From positions 32,001-96,000 of the forward strand of contig JBFWNL010000009.1 in NCBI GenBank assembly GCA_050251055.1: a stretch of 64,000 nt of DNA. Direction: 5' to 3'. Made by a program: the position numbers and the translations under genes. Position 1 is the stretch's first letter, and each line of letters opens with the position of its first letter. This stretch comes from Bacteriovoracia bacterium (GTDB taxonomy: Bacteria > Bdellovibrionota > UBA1018 > JBFWNL01). Positions 1 through 8,914 of the stretch are shown piece after piece. The notes under the pieces were generated by a model. It saw only the letters and a program-made list of their open reading frames with translations, was not told where the DNA came from and ran no database searches.

Positions 1-13
1 AGGGAGAATTAAT

Positions 14-334
14 TTGGGAAGAAATCAAAACCTAAAAACAGAAGGCAAAGGCTCAGAAATCAAAATCCAAAGCGAATCAAAACTCAAATTGATCAAGACC
101 GAAGTTCGTCAAAAACTGGATGCTGATCCCACATTGCTTCATAACGAATGGATGGACGCGTTCGAAGTAGCTACCTATATGGGAATTTCTTATGGCTCTG
201 TTCGAAATATGACCTACCGAAGAGAGATTCCCTTCTATCGACTTGGGCGAAGGCTCAGATTCAAAACAGAAGAGATTCGCCAGCACCTCAGCATGTCGAA
301 AGTGGGAATCAAGGAGTGGGGTCCATGCCGATAA
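14..334 (+). CDS. Excisionase-like helix-turn-helix DNA-binding protein (HTH_17 type)
   Basis: WMDAFEVATYMGISYGSVRNMTYRREIPFYRLGRRLRF matches the excisionase HTH pattern; overlaps the integrase start; start codon uncertain (TTG at 14). Confidence 0.8.
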   Translation: MGRNQNLKTEGKGSEIKIQSESKLKLIKTEVRQKLDADPTLLHNEWMDAFEVATYMGISYGSVRNMTYRREIPFYRLGRRLRFKTEEIRQHLSMSKVGIKEWGPCR

Positions 335-1428
335 AGCCAATTCGTAAAGATGGAATGGTTGCAGGCTACGAAGTAACCGTGTCCGAAAATATCGGTCGAA
401 AACGATTCCAAAAAAAGCGTCGATACAACTGCAGTCTCCCTGAGGCCAGAAAGCGGGAACTGGATTTGCTGGACGAGGTTAGACGGGACGCCAAAGAAGT
501 AGGCGTGCCGACTTTCTGGGATTGGATTGAACGATGGCTTGAGACTGCTGCGCTGACACGCAAGAAATCTACTGTTGACGCCTATCGGAGTACTCTGAAC
601 ACGCACGTTCCCCATGATCTGTGTCAGAAGCCAATTACGCGAATTTCGACGTCAGACATTCAGGGGATTGTTTTCAATCAAAAGGCAGAGATCACTCCCA
701 AAACCCGCGAGAACCTTTTGCAGTGCCTGAAGGTCATACTCAAGCACGCAATGTACGATCATCTCATTCCGTTCAATCCTGCAGATGGAGTAAAAATTTC
801 AGTCCCGGAAACAAAGCTCCAAGCGTGGACGATCAAGGAGATAAACCAGTTTCTTGAAGAAGCTTCTCGACGGCGGCATCCCTGGTATCCCATTTGGGTG
901 ACAGCAGTTCTTTCAGGGATGCGAAGTGGTGAGTTGTACGCTTTGGAATGGGTCAATGTTGATTTCGAGAATCGACGAATCTACGTAGTGGCCAATTGGA
1001 CGCTCAAAGATGGATTGCACGAGACTAAGAATCGTCGGAATCGCGTCGTTCCGATGAATAGCCAGCTATTCAAGTTTCTAGCTGAACTCAAACTAAAACG
1101 AGGTTCTGAGAAGAACGTCCTTCCGCATTTCGATGAGTGGACAAAGGGGATGCAGGCCGCAGTTTTGCGCCGATTCGCAAAACAAATCGGACTCAGGCAG
1201 ATCAATTTCCATGCACTCAGAGCGAGCTTCATCACGATTTGCATGCTTCAAAGCGTATCTACGGTAAAGGTCCAAGCTATTGTCGGCCACCAACGGCTAG
1301 ACACAACGATGCGCTACATCAGAATTATCGGTGCAGATTTGGATGACGCTACTGAGAACATCGGCATCAACATCCCTATACCAAGCCAAACTGGCAACGT
1401 GGTCCTCTTTGCTCCAAGGCAAGGTTAA
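325..1428 (+). CDS. Tyrosine recombinase/integrase
   Basis: Catalytic motifs SGMRSGEL (R), FHALRAS (HxxR), VGH and TMRY (Y); AAGGAG RBS at 311-316 supports the ATG at 325. Confidence 0.93.
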   Translation: MPIKPIRKDGMVAGYEVTVSENIGRKRFQKKRRYNCSLPEARKRELDLLDEVRRDAKEVGVPTFWDWIERWLETAALTRKKSTVDAYRSTLNTHVPHDLCQKPITRISTSDIQGIVFNQKAEITPKTRENLLQCLKVILKHAMYDHLIPFNPADGVKISVPETKLQAWTIKEINQFLEEASRRRHPWYPIWVTAVLSGMRSGELYALEWVNVDFENRRIYVVANWTLKDGLHETKNRRNRVVPMNSQLFKFLAELKLKRGSEKNVLPHFDEWTKGMQAAVLRRFAKQIGLRQINFHALRASFITICMLQSVSTVKVQAIVGHQRLDTTMRYIRIIGADLDDATENIGINIPIPSQTGNVVLFAPRQG

Positions 1429-1443
1429 TGACAATGGCAGGTA

Positions 1444-1472
1444 TTGACATGTACCCTATTTTGACGTACATT
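1444..1472 (+). promoter_or_regulatory. Sigma70 promoter of the TA operon with an overlapping palindromic operator
   Basis: TTGACA(1444-1449)-17 bp-TACATT(1467-1472); ATGTAC...GTACAT inverted repeat at 1449-1471. Confidence 0.65.
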
Positions 1473-1477
1473 GGGAG

Positions 1478-1789
1478 GTGACGATGCTTACTGACGTAAG
1501 ATCGTCTAAACGAGCACGAAAGAGCCTAAGCAAAGCGCCATTGCACGTTGTTCAGGCTTTCGGTGCTTGGTTAAGGACCGTAAGAGAGGTCGGCCTAGCA
1601 GAAGCTCAAAAAATTCCCGGCTATCACGATGAGCCATTGCAGGGAAAACTCAAGGGGTTGAGGTCATTCCGATTGTCTCTAGGCTACCGAGGATTTTATA
1701 GGATCGTAAAAGGAAGCGTTCAATTTGTACTAGTGGAGGAAGTGAATAAACATGACTACAAAAAGATCGAAAGGCTCTTCGGAGGATGA
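1478..1789 (+). CDS. higB: RelE/HigB-family mRNA interferase toxin
   Basis: YHDEPLQGKLKGLRSFRLSLGYRGFY is a RelE/HigB-type signature; lies upstream of an HTH antitoxin. Confidence 0.8.
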   Translation: MTMLTDVRSSKRARKSLSKAPLHVVQAFGAWLRTVREVGLAEAQKIPGYHDEPLQGKLKGLRSFRLSLGYRGFYRIVKGSVQFVLVEEVNKHDYKKIERLFGG

Positions 1790-2075
1790 GTTCATTGAAG
1801 GTCTGCTTGGCGGCCCGCTTACTTTTGGAATGGCCGTTGAAGCACTCCGCCTCCGTGATGAACTCTCGCAAGTTACCTTTGCAAAAAAGCTTGGAATATC
1901 TCGACAGTACCTTTGTGATGTTGAAAAAGGACGGAGACTCGTCAGCCCTGAGCAGGCCGCAAGGTTTGCAAAAGCATTTGGGCACCCACCAAGCGTCCTT
2001 GTTCAGTTAGCACTTCAAGACTCAGTAAGAGCGAGTGGACTAAAGCTCAAAGTAACTGTCGAGAATGCCGCCTAG
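1752..2075 (+). CDS. higA: XRE-family HTH antitoxin (HigA-like)
   Basis: LSQVTFAKKLGISRQYLCDVEKGRRLVS XRE HTH; toxin-first gene order. Confidence 0.8.
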   Translation: MTTKRSKGSSEDEFIEGLLGGPLTFGMAVEALRLRDELSQVTFAKKLGISRQYLCDVEKGRRLVSPEQAARFAKAFGHPPSVLVQLALQDSVRASGLKLKVTVENAA

Positions 2076-2083
2076 CGAAAGTA

Positions 2084-2293
2084 TTACTTCTGCCTTGTAA
2101 GCTCCTGTTGTCGCCTACGGAAGTCGAATAAGATCCCGACGACTTCCTCCAGAATCTGAGAGTATTCTTTGTCTGAGACACAATGGAAGAATGTTTTAAA
2201 TTCAGTTGGATTCCACTTTTTTGAGGGAGGTCTCTTCCTTGGTTTTCCATCTTTTCGGTAGCCAAAAGGTGCATCTTCATTAGCTTCGACCAT
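2084..2293 (-). CDS. Small hypothetical protein of the island
   Basis: 69-aa ORF overlapping the upstream gene end, GGAGG upstream. Confidence 0.45.
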   Translation of the reverse strand: MVEANEDAPFGYRKDGKPRKRPPSKKWNPTEFKTFFHCVSDKEYSQILEEVVGILFDFRRRQQELTRQK

Positions 2294-2786
2294 GTTTATC
2301 AGTAGCCTCCTTTGCTGTTTTTAACGGATATCTCGCGCCATGGCATGCATGATCTTTGGCCATTTCGAATGCTTGCGCCAATGTAATTCCACGATTGCGC
2401 AATTGATTGAGTATCGTCGTGGTTCCCCAGCTGAGCTCTCCAGAAGGTCGAACCGTCTTTTCGAGAAGCATCTTTGAGATGTGCCCATGCTTTCGATAGG
2501 CCTTCCGGAACTCATTGATGCAGAGATTCAGATCGAAGTTTTTGCCCAGCGCATTTTGCTTCGTCTTCTGCACTCTTTTGCCCATTTCGAGAGTCGCGTG
2601 CCTGCCGGCTTCAGAGCCTGACATAAGGGCTAAAATCCAACCTCGGATAAGCTCCTCTTCTTTGAAGCTAGTTGCATCGTCAACGCTTCCAAGTACTGCC
2701 AATTGCTCCTGGCGTTCTTCCTGCGCAACTTTGCGCATAAGGTAGTAGTAGGTTGTGTTCTTCCATTTCACTCGTTTTAGAAACAC
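2280..2786 (-). CDS. Hypothetical protein; N-terminus resembles the beta-strand DNA-binding N-terminus of IS1634-type proteins
   Basis: GAGGAGG RBS before GTG at 2786; MFLKRVKWKNTTYYYLMRK...QLAVLG. Confidence 0.55.
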   Translation of the reverse strand: MFLKRVKWKNTTYYYLMRKVAQEERQEQLAVLGSVDDATSFKEEELIRGWILALMSGSEAGRHATLEMGKRVQKTKQNALGKNFDLNLCINEFRKAYRKHGHISKMLLEKTVRPSGELSWGTTTILNQLRNRGITLAQAFEMAKDHACHGARYPLKTAKEATDKHGRS

Positions 2787-2912
2787 GGTAGTCCTCCTCG
2801 TAGGACAGCATCTTTTCACGCGTCCTAAGCAGAACCCTAATGATTGACGAGGTTTGGACAGGGACTTTGTACTGAGTTTCAAATGTCCCGTCCTAAACGT
2901 GTAGTTCGGAGT

Positions 2913-2931
2913 TGCAGCACAAATGCAGCAC
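2913..2931 (+). repeat. Tandem TGCAGCAC direct repeat, candidate integrase arm-type sites
   Basis: TGCAGCAC at 2913-2920 and 2924-2931 (11-bp period), ~135 bp inside the element from the tRNA 3' end. Confidence 0.5.
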
Positions 2932-3065
2932 GCGCGTGTGACAAGCCGTGATTTCGAATGACAACGAAAAGTCATGACGAAATCACTACCTGTGATTCTA
3001 AATACTTAGAGAAGCTCGGGTTTTTGGAAATCGACTAGAGATTCGATTTCCATTTGACTTTTAAT

Positions 3066-3141
3066 TGGCGTCCCCACACGGATTCGAACCGTGGTTACCG
3101 CCGTGAAAAGGCGGTGTCCTAGGCCTCTAGACGATGGGGAC
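3066..3141 (-). tRNA. tRNA-Glu (TTC)
   Basis: Reverse complement GTCCCCATCGTCTAGAGGCCTAGGACACCGCCTTTTCACGGCGGTAACCACGGTTCGAATCCGTGTGGGGACGCCA: 76-nt cloverleaf, TTC anticodon, GTTCGAATCC T-arm, CCA end. Confidence 0.97.
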
Positions 3142-3387
3142 GCACACCGGACCAATTGGATTGGTTTAGAGATTCCCAGCAATACCCGCAAGGTGGAGGG
3201 AATTCAAGGGGGAGCTGGGGGCGCGGGTGAAAAAACCCCGAGTCCATTGTTAGACTATTTATGTCGGATTAAACCCGTCCTTTACCCTTCGGCTGATTTT
3301 ACTGATCCCTGGCTTATTTCGAAGGAATGCAATGATCCCAAATTTTTCCGGGTCTTCCGGGATTTTTCTCGGGATAATCGATCCATC

Positions 3388-3756
3388 ATGAACCAGAAAG
3401 AATCCGCGACCCAGTTCCTCGAAAGGGTGGCCGCCGGCCAAGTGAGCGAAGCTTACGAACGTTTCATCTCTCCTGACTTCATCCACCATAACCCCTACTT
3501 CAAAGGAGATCGCGAGTCGCTGATGCTCGCGATGCAAACCGCCCATCGGATGAACCCGCAAAAGCAAATCCAGATCAAGCACGTTTACGAGGATGGAAAT
3601 ACGGTCATCACGCATTCGCACGTTCGCCAGCGTCCTGAAGACCCTGGCGCGGCGGTGGTCCATGTTTTCAAATTTCGCGACGCCAAGATCGCCGAACTCT
3701 GGGATGTGGGCCAGCCGCTCGCGGTCGACTCGCCCAACGCGAACGGACCGTTTTAG
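3388..3756 (+). CDS. SnoaL/NTF2-like family protein
   Basis: SPDFIHHNP...EDGNTVITHSHV...VVHVFKFRDAKIAELWD. Confidence 0.85.
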   Translation: MNQKESATQFLERVAAGQVSEAYERFISPDFIHHNPYFKGDRESLMLAMQTAHRMNPQKQIQIKHVYEDGNTVITHSHVRQRPEDPGAAVVHVFKFRDAKIAELWDVGQPLAVDSPNANGPF

Positions 3757-3863
3757 CGCGCCCGCTTCGCTGCCAGCCACGTGTAAAACTCGCGGCAAAA
3801 CTCAAGGTGGACATCCGGGATTTGTATCCCTATCCTAGGCCGTTCCAAACAAAAGGAGAGCCC

Positions 3864-4748
3864 ATGAAGCCCACCCCCCGCATGAGAACGTGTCTTTGGT
3901 TCAACGACCAGGCCGAAGAAGCCGCGAAATTTTACTGTTCCTTGTTTAAGAACTCCAAATTTGGCGAAGTGGTGCGCTACCCTGAAAAAGTAGCCCAGCA
4001 TGTGAAGGCAAAACCGGGTAGCGTGATGACGGTGACGTTTGAGCTGGAAGGTCACGCGATCCTGGGCCTCAACGGGGGCCCTCTCTTCCACCACACGCCT
4101 TCGCTTTCTTACTTCGTTTGGTGCGAAACAGAAGCGGAAATCAGCGAGCTGTGGAAAAAGCTACACGAAGGCGGTAAAGCGCGCATGGGTCTGGACAAGT
4201 ATCCCTGGGCCGAACGTTACGGCTGGACGACCGATCGTTTCGGGGTCGAATGGCAGCTCATGCTGAAGCAAAACCCCGTGAAGCTCGCGCCCGCGTTTCT
4301 TTTTGTCGACGAGCTTTTCGGCAAAGGCGAAGCGGCGATTTCCTTTTACCGCTCTATCTTCAAGGAATCAAAGCTCGACTTCATGGCAAAGGATGAAAAA
4401 ACGAATACCGTCATGCACGCCGTCTTCTCCCTCAATGGTCAGACCTTCGTGCTGATGGAAGGCCAGGGCCAGCACGGGTACACGTTCTCGACGGCATTTT
4501 CCATCGTTGCTCACTGCGACACCCAGGCTGAAATCGACCACTACTGGACGAAGCTGACCGCGGACGGCGGCCGCTCCAGCCAATGCGGGTGGCTGGAAGA
4601 CCGATACGGCGTCTCCTGGCAGATCGTGCCTTCGCAGCTCGACGAATGGATGCGCGAGCCAAAGAAGGCCGCGCAGGTCATGGACGTCGTCATGCAGATG
4701 CAGAAGCTCGACCTACAAAAGATGCAGCAAGCTTACGAGCAAGGCTAA
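3864..4748 (+). CDS. VOC family protein (PhnB/3-demethylubiquinone methyltransferase-like, duplicated domain)
   Basis: CLWFNDQAEEAAKFY, two DRFGVEWQ / DRYGVSWQ motifs; AAGGAG RBS. Confidence 0.9.
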   Translation: MKPTPRMRTCLWFNDQAEEAAKFYCSLFKNSKFGEVVRYPEKVAQHVKAKPGSVMTVTFELEGHAILGLNGGPLFHHTPSLSYFVWCETEAEISELWKKLHEGGKARMGLDKYPWAERYGWTTDRFGVEWQLMLKQNPVKLAPAFLFVDELFGKGEAAISFYRSIFKESKLDFMAKDEKTNTVMHAVFSLNGQTFVLMEGQGQHGYTFSTAFSIVAHCDTQAEIDHYWTKLTADGGRSSQCGWLEDRYGVSWQIVPSQLDEWMREPKKAAQVMDVVMQMQKLDLQKMQQAYEQG

Positions 4749-5824
4749 CCGCCGCGTTTGCTTTTCGACCGCTGCGCGGCTTCCTTGCTTCGTTTCTTCC
4801 AAAGCTTGCGCTGCTCGGATGCAAGGGCCTTGTCCTGCTTACGCATTTCGAAACGCACCTCGGCCGCGAGCTTCAGATAGCTCGCCCACCGATCTTCCCC
4901 AAGCTCCCCGTTCGCGCGCGCCGATTTCACCGCGCAGTCGGGTTCGGTGTCGTGCTGACAGTCGTTGAACCGGCACGACTGCGCCCACTCCTCAATGTCC
5001 GCAAACTGGGCGCTCACCCCTTCTTCGTGGTCGGCCAGCTGCAGTTCCCGCATCCCCGGCGTATCGATCACGAGCCCACCGAATCGACTGACATAGAGCG
5101 CGCGGGAAGTCGTGGTGTGCCGCCCACGCGCGTCGTCCTCGCGAATGGCCTGCGTCCGAATGCGATCGTCGTCGATAAGATAGTTCACGAGCGTGGATTT
5201 TCCCACTCCCGACGAACCCACGACCACGGCGGTCTTACCCACCTCGAGATAAGCCGCGAAGAATTCCGCCTGCGCGAAATTCGCTTGCGACAGAGCGTGC
5301 ACATCCACGCCGGGGAAGGTGCGTTGCGCGTCCCACACCGCCGCCTCCACGTCTCCCGTGTCCGCACAAAGGTCCGCTTTGGTAAGGAGGATCACGGGCG
5401 TGCAGCCCGACTCCCACGCCATCACGAGGTAACGCTCGAGCCGCCGATGATTCAGGTCTTCATTCAACGACGTGGTAATGAAGATCGTGTCGACGTTCGC
5501 CGCCAAAATCTGCATACCGCCCGCCGTACCCGCTTGCTTGCGTTGAATCACGGTCTTGCGAGGATAGACGCCATGAATTACCCCACGGTCGTGCGGATTG
5601 GGGGTATCCACCAACACCCAATCGCCCACCGCGGGATAACTTTCCCGCCCGTCGGCGTTGAATTGCATTTTTCCGCTCACACAAGCCCAACGCATGTCGG
5701 TCTCCGAGAATTGAACGCGATACAGTCCGCGCTCTTCGCAAATGACTCGGGCCGGCCTCCAAGCGGGCGAAAGCAGTCCGAGGTTTTGGCTTTCAAAGAA
5801 GCCATCCCAGCCTAAAAAGTGCAT
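4745..5824 (-). CDS. rsgA: Ribosome small subunit-dependent GTPase A
   Basis: Circularly permuted GTPase motifs TKADL, GSSGVGKST, GRHTTT, DTPGMR; Zn finger CRFNDCQHDTEPDC. Confidence 0.95.
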   Translation of the reverse strand: MHFLGWDGFFESQNLGLLSPAWRPARVICEERGLYRVQFSETDMRWACVSGKMQFNADGRESYPAVGDWVLVDTPNPHDRGVIHGVYPRKTVIQRKQAGTAGGMQILAANVDTIFITTSLNEDLNHRRLERYLVMAWESGCTPVILLTKADLCADTGDVEAAVWDAQRTFPGVDVHALSQANFAQAEFFAAYLEVGKTAVVVGSSGVGKSTLVNYLIDDDRIRTQAIREDDARGRHTTTSRALYVSRFGGLVIDTPGMRELQLADHEEGVSAQFADIEEWAQSCRFNDCQHDTEPDCAVKSARANGELGEDRWASYLKLAAEVRFEMRKQDKALASEQRKLWKKRSKEAAQRSKSKRGG

Positions 5825-5826
5825 GA

Positions 5827-5960
5827 GATCTCCCTAATTGAGTTTTACAGATTCAGGTTCGTAGGATTGAACTCAAGGAGATCGGTCGCGGTCGAAGTTG
5901 CGAGTTATTGCGAACGGAGGCCTTGAGTGGTGTGAGTGACAAACATCTTGTGGCCTCCTT
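5827..5960 (-). promoter_or_regulatory. Translational attenuator (alternative hairpins) of rsgA
   Basis: Hairpin 5827-5883 hides the rsgA GGGAG SD; leader segment 5921-5928 is complementary to its 5' arm (5871-5878). Confidence 0.65.
5905..5946 (-). CDS. Putative leader peptide MFVTHTTQGLRSQ upstream of rsgA
   Basis: Perfect AAGGAGG SD (5954-5960) 7 nt before the ATG at 5946; TAA at 5905-5907. Confidence 0.7.
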   Translation of the reverse strand: MFVTHTTQGLRSQ

Positions 5961-6127
5961 CTGGTTTGAAACGCTCCGCATAATTGCGGGTATGGAGATA
6001 GATTAGATGACGCGCGCGCTTTCGTCAATGGGCTCGAAATGGCTTAGAAATCGGAGGCATTTCGAGCCCAGACCCGAACGCTGCCCTTACACTGGGAAAA
6101 ATCCCGAATCATTTTCGCTACCGTGAC

Positions 6128-6143
6128 TGGTCCACATCCTGCT
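6128..6143 (+). promoter_or_regulatory. Candidate sigma54 promoter
   Basis: TGGTCC-N5-CTGCT (GG-N10-GC) just upstream of the secreted repeat protein. Confidence 0.4.
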
Positions 6144-6165
6144 TAAGTCGCCCCCCAAGAGGGGA

Positions 6166-6747
6166 ATGTTTATGAAAAATTCAAAATGGATCGTGGGACT
6201 CGCTGCCGTGGGGATATTCGTTTTCTCGGGCGCGGCAATGGCAAAACCAAAACTCAGCTTGCCGGAAATTCAACGGCGCGCGGCTACCTACCATCTGCAA
6301 AAAGCCGAGCAGGCGGAGCTCAGCGCGGTGGGTTTGCTGGATGTAGAAATTACGAGCGGAGATGAAGAAGAAAACGACCGCTGTCGTCCCTCTCGATCTC
6401 CATCGCCCGCGTGCATGGACTACGTGGCGGGCTCCTTCCCCACCACGGACGATCGGTTGGAAGCGGCCCGGATTTGTGCCGGCACCCGTGACTTGGTTTG
6501 CGCGGAGTACGTCGCGGGCGCCTTTCCTACGAAAGAGACGCGTATCGGGGCCGTGCAAGTTTGCCGGGGGAACCAGGGGATTGCTTGCGCCGAATTCGTC
6601 TCCGGATCATTCCCAACGAGCGGCACGCGTAAGCAAGCCGTCGAGGCCTGCCGCTGGGCGGATGTGGAATGCGTAAAAGCGGTAGCGGGAAGCTTCCCCA
6701 CCTCGGATACGCGCTTAGCCGCCGCGCGGGCCTGTGGCGGTCGCTAG
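6166..6747 (+). CDS. Secreted Cys-rich protein with four ~29-aa repeats
   Basis: Signal peptide ending AMA; four copies of C-x2-(Y/F/A)V(A/S)G(S/A)FPT-x3-R-x2-A-x3-C. Confidence 0.8.
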   Translation: MFMKNSKWIVGLAAVGIFVFSGAAMAKPKLSLPEIQRRAATYHLQKAEQAELSAVGLLDVEITSGDEEENDRCRPSRSPSPACMDYVAGSFPTTDDRLEAARICAGTRDLVCAEYVAGAFPTKETRIGAVQVCRGNQGIACAEFVSGSFPTSGTRKQAVEACRWADVECVKAVAGSFPTSDTRLAAARACGGR

Positions 6748-6764
6748 CGGCTGACCCGCGTGCC

Positions 6765-7154
6765 TTAAGCCAATCGGCTACGATGCTCTTGGTAAATGCA
6801 GTTTCCGGAAATGACCTCGAGGCCAAGCTCGCGCGCACGTGCTTCGGCCTCGGGGTTCTCGGCCCCGGGCTGCAGCCAGAACACCACCGGTTTTAGCGGG
6901 GCCACCTCTTCCACGAGCGCCGGGATGGCATCCGGCGAACGAAAGACGTCGACGATCTCCAGCGGCTGCGCCTCTTTTAAAGTTGCCACAATCCGAAGAC
7001 CTGGAATTTTAGGTAACCCAGGATTGACCCCCACCACTTCATATCCTTTTTCCTGAAGATAGCGGGCGATCCAGTGGCTGGGGCGCTCGGGGTTAGCACT
7101 GATGCCGACGACCGCCACTCGACGATGATCACGGAGCAGTTTTTCGATATCCAT
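6765..7154 (-). CDS. CoA-binding protein (YccU-like)
   Basis: VAVVGISANPERPS, IVDVFR, WLQPG, NCIYQEH. Confidence 0.9.
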   Translation of the reverse strand: MDIEKLLRDHRRVAVVGISANPERPSHWIARYLQEKGYEVVGVNPGLPKIPGLRIVATLKEAQPLEIVDVFRSPDAIPALVEEVAPLKPVVFWLQPGAENPEAEARARELGLEVISGNCIYQEHRSRLA

Positions 7155-7352
7155 CCCTCGAACTTAGCACAAAAAACCCGGTTTCAAGGTTTCTTGAGAG
7201 AGCGCCTATTTCCGCGGGAATGGGCGCATTTTTACCCCGCAAGTCACGAATGACACAGGTCCAGACTCCATTTGTAAACGGACCAAAATCTCTGGTTGAA
7301 CATTAAAAAAGACGCATCGCGCATACTGAATCCAAGCAAGACAGGAGAACCC

Positions 7353-8132
7353 ATGCTCGACCCGATCGTAAGCAAAATTCTAATCGGCGCCTTCATAGCC
7401 CTGTCGTTCTCCGGCTGCATGAAGCTGAGCGTGGAAACGGGTCAATTGAACAACTTCCGTTCGGAAATGACCATCAGCGTGGATTCATTGCAAACCTTGC
7501 CGCGGGCGAATTGGCTGCGCGATCAGCTCAGCCGAGTTTATGTGAGCGGAAAAACGGTGGAAGTCAAAGGCAGCTGCTCCCGTGGGGTCCGCACCGTGCA
7601 GGCAATCCACGGCGGAAAAAAAATCGGGACCGACGCGACTTGCCTCGGTAACGGAACCTATCTTTGGCGCGCCGAGCTGGCCGATGGAGAATACGAAATT
7701 ACATTTCAGCCCAAAGCCAGCGGCGACAGCTTGGGCGTAGGCAACTCGGTTCAAGAAGTGGTCGTGATCGATACCGTGCCACCGCCCCCCCCGGTCATCC
7801 TAACCAATGACGGAAATCCCGTGGCGATGATGAGTTCCAGCTTGCAACTCGAAGGAGAATTTTTCGCTGACGGTATCCGGGTGCAAGCCCTCGATGGCGG
7901 GAAGGTCGAAATGAACGCGGGCCTCACCCGCTTCTACTACGACGTCAAGCTGGCCGCCGGGGAAACCGCCGAGCTTGCCTTCGCGGCGGTCGACTTCGCG
8001 GGAAACCGATCGGAATACACGCGAATCCAGGTTTCCCACTTTGGCGTGCTCGACCTTTCGGTGATAGCACCAGTCGGAGTCGGCACCTGGCTGCACAATC
8101 TAACGGTCGGAAATTGGAAGAGTCTGATCTAG
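7353..8132 (+). CDS. Putative lipoprotein with Ig-like domains
   Basis: Lipobox FSGC; DTVPPPPP and AVDFAGNRS Ig-like motifs; AGGAG RBS. Confidence 0.7.
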   Translation: MLDPIVSKILIGAFIALSFSGCMKLSVETGQLNNFRSEMTISVDSLQTLPRANWLRDQLSRVYVSGKTVEVKGSCSRGVRTVQAIHGGKKIGTDATCLGNGTYLWRAELADGEYEITFQPKASGDSLGVGNSVQEVVVIDTVPPPPPVILTNDGNPVAMMSSSLQLEGEFFADGIRVQALDGGKVEMNAGLTRFYYDVKLAAGETAELAFAAVDFAGNRSEYTRIQVSHFGVLDLSVIAPVGVGTWLHNLTVGNWKSLI

Positions 8133-8161
8133 GGGCTTTATAGAGAAAATTGCTAAATGAT

Positions 8162-8845
8162 CTATTTAACGGTGCGACGCCGACGCGTGGGGCTTGGCTT
8201 CTCGTCGAGTGGATTGTCGAAAAAATCCACGAGCCCCGTCTCGAGGCAGTACTCCGCGCCCACGATCGTGAGCTTGTCTTCGCGGACCAACTCCTCGAGA
8301 AACCGGCTGCCATGACGAAGATGATCCGTCGAAGCCATGACGTTAGCGCGCACGGCATCCCGCCAGACCTGATCGCGCTTGCGCGAACGTTTTCCGCGGG
8401 CCGCCAAGCGCTCGATGTGTGGACGGATCCGGCCCACGATGGCCTGAATATTCTCCGCCGGCACGGTTTCACGCCCGGAAATGGACTCCAACGTGGCGTG
8501 AATGGCCCAACACTCGGTGTGCCCCATGACGATCACGAGCTGGGCCTGGGTGGTTGCCGCCGCGAACTCGACACTACCGACCTGGGAAGGCGCGACAATG
8601 TTTCCGGCCACGCGGATGACGAACAAATCTCCTAAGCCTTGGTCAAACAAGATCTCGGCGGGTGCGCGGGAGTCGGAGCAAGAAAGAATAATCGCAAACG
8701 GTCCTCGCGGTTTGGCCATCAGCCAACTCGCGTCGGTTTTCTCGGGTAACTTACCGGCCCGGCGTTTGCGCACGAAGCGTTTATTACCTTGCATGAGTCG
8801 TAGCAAAGCTTGTCGTGCAGGAATGGGCTTCATGTTCTTGGGCAT
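8162..8845 (-). CDS. Beta-class carbonic anhydrase
   Basis: CSDSR, GDLFVIRVAGN and GHTEC zinc-ligand motifs. Confidence 0.93.
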   Translation of the reverse strand: MPKNMKPIPARQALLRLMQGNKRFVRKRRAGKLPEKTDASWLMAKPRGPFAIILSCSDSRAPAEILFDQGLGDLFVIRVAGNIVAPSQVGSVEFAAATTQAQLVIVMGHTECWAIHATLESISGRETVPAENIQAIVGRIRPHIERLAARGKRSRKRDQVWRDAVRANVMASTDHLRHGSRFLEELVREDKLTIVGAEYCLETGLVDFFDNPLDEKPSPTRRRRTVK

Positions 8846-8914
8846 ACGCCAGGCACTATGGCACAGTTTGCCCGGAGAAACCAGCGCTCCGCGAATCTTA
8901 AATAACGATATAGT

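Larger units (their letters stand above)
1..3065. mobile_element. Right end of an integrative element/prophage-like island inserted at tRNA-Glu (continues left of the window)
   Basis: Xis-like gene, tyrosine integrase and toxin-antitoxin pair lie next to the tRNA 3' end; visibly lower GC than the sequence after ~3400. Confidence 0.8.

Noticed and set aside
148-324. Longer integrase start at 148
   Set aside because: Overlaps the xis-like gene; the RBS supports ATG 325
3091-3387. N-terminal extension of the SnoaL ORF
   Set aside because: Overlaps tRNA-Glu; the real start is probably ATG 3388
4583-5815. 410-aa + strand ORF
   Set aside because: Antisense shadow of rsgA, expected from GC-rich codon bias; no motifs
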